Part shown: positions 63,465-64,000 of the stretch, one piece after another
Layout: each line of letters begins with the position of its first letter
Numbering within the stretch: the stretch's first letter is position 1
Origin: Calditrichia bacterium
GTDB taxonomy: Bacteria; Calditrichota; Calditrichia; JAJRVZ01
Reading direction: 5' to 3'
Length of the DNA: 64,000 nucleotides
Assembly (NCBI GenBank): GCA_963777955.1
Contig: CAVZSQ010000022.1
Span: 544,001 to 608,000 of the forward strand
The notes under the pieces: generated by a model
Told to the model about the DNA's origin: nothing
What the model saw: the letters and a program-made list of their open reading frames with translations, nothing else
Database searches by the model: none
Made by a program: the position numbers and the translations under genes

Positions 63465-64000
63465 ATGTCCAGTAAAACGGTGGTGGTGGCGCTTGGCGGT
63501 AATGCAATTAGCCGTGAATTTGAAGAAGGTAGTATTACCCAGCAATTTGCCAATACCCGCCGTAGCCTGACCAGTGTTGTTGAATTGATTGCCCGCGGTG
63601 ATCACGTCGTGATCAGCCATGGCAATGGACCGCAAGTTGGTAATGCTCTGCTGCGTGTTGAAGAAACCCGCCATCTGGTTCCGCCTCTGCCGCTGGGGGT
63701 TATCGTAGCCGATCTCGAAGGCGGGATGGGCTATATGATCGAACAGTGCCTGCAGAATAAATTAAACGAACGCCAGTTGTACAAACCGATCGTTACTATT
63801 GTCACCCAGGTATTGGTGGATAAAGACGATCCTTCAATTGCGAATCCCACTAAGTTTGTCGGTCCATTCTTTAAACAGGAACAAATCAAAGAACTGGAAA
63901 CCAAACGCGGCTGGACGGTCAAAGAAGACCCGGGTCGCGGCTACCGGCGGGTCGTACCTTCACCGATGCCCAGATCAATCATCTCCAAAGAAATTATTAA
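63465..64000 (+). CDS. arcC: Carbamate kinase, 5' part (runs off window)
   Basis: Manual translation MSSKTVVVALGGNA...SHGNGPQVG...GYMIEQ...NPTKFVGPFF...EDPGRGYRRVVPSP. Confidence 0.93.
   Translation, partial: MSSKTVVVALGGNAISREFEEGSITQQFANTRRSLTSVVELIARGDHVVISHGNGPQVGNALLRVEETRHLVPPLPLGVIVADLEGGMGYMIEQCLQNKLNERQLYKPIVTIVTQVLVDKDDPSIANPTKFVGPFFKQEQIKELETKRGWTVKEDPGRGYRRVVPSPMPRSIISKEII

Overview
Bacterial chromosomal window, probably from the FCB group (Calditrichota/KSB1/Ignavibacteria-like). The taxon is inferred from the purN-purH-mreBCD-mrdA-rodA and rplM-rpsI-rpsB-tsf-pyrH-frr gene orders and from secreted proteins ending in 'QNYPNPFN' C-terminal domains. The assembly is indel-rich: at least 12 genes, including rodA, purH and tsaD, are split by frameshifts, which is best explained by sequencing error. 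Core content is cell-shape, purine, translation, repair and tRNA-modification genes. The most interesting items are: (1) an operon encoding an aspartate-aminotransferase-like enzyme fused to a degenerate HPr-kinase/PEPCK-like P-loop domain, followed by a divergent ATP-PEPCK and NDK; (2) a P5C dehydrogenase / arginine-synthetase-like P-loop protein / carbamate kinase cluster; (3) two divergent promoters with the same 4-box direct-repeat architecture flanking an OmpR-type two-component system; (4) a 500-bp non-coding region with DnaA-box-like 9-mers and a perfect IHF consensus (candidate oriC); (5) a Ni-SOD with a Sec-like signal peptide and no sodX; (6) a GT2 x3 / radical SAM / Wzi / flippase-like locus; (7) GTAG-type REP palindrome clusters and short tandem-repeat families, two clusters of which bracket a ~10 kb island of secreted proteins and VapBC. 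No rRNA, tRNA, CRISPR array or transposase was recognised.
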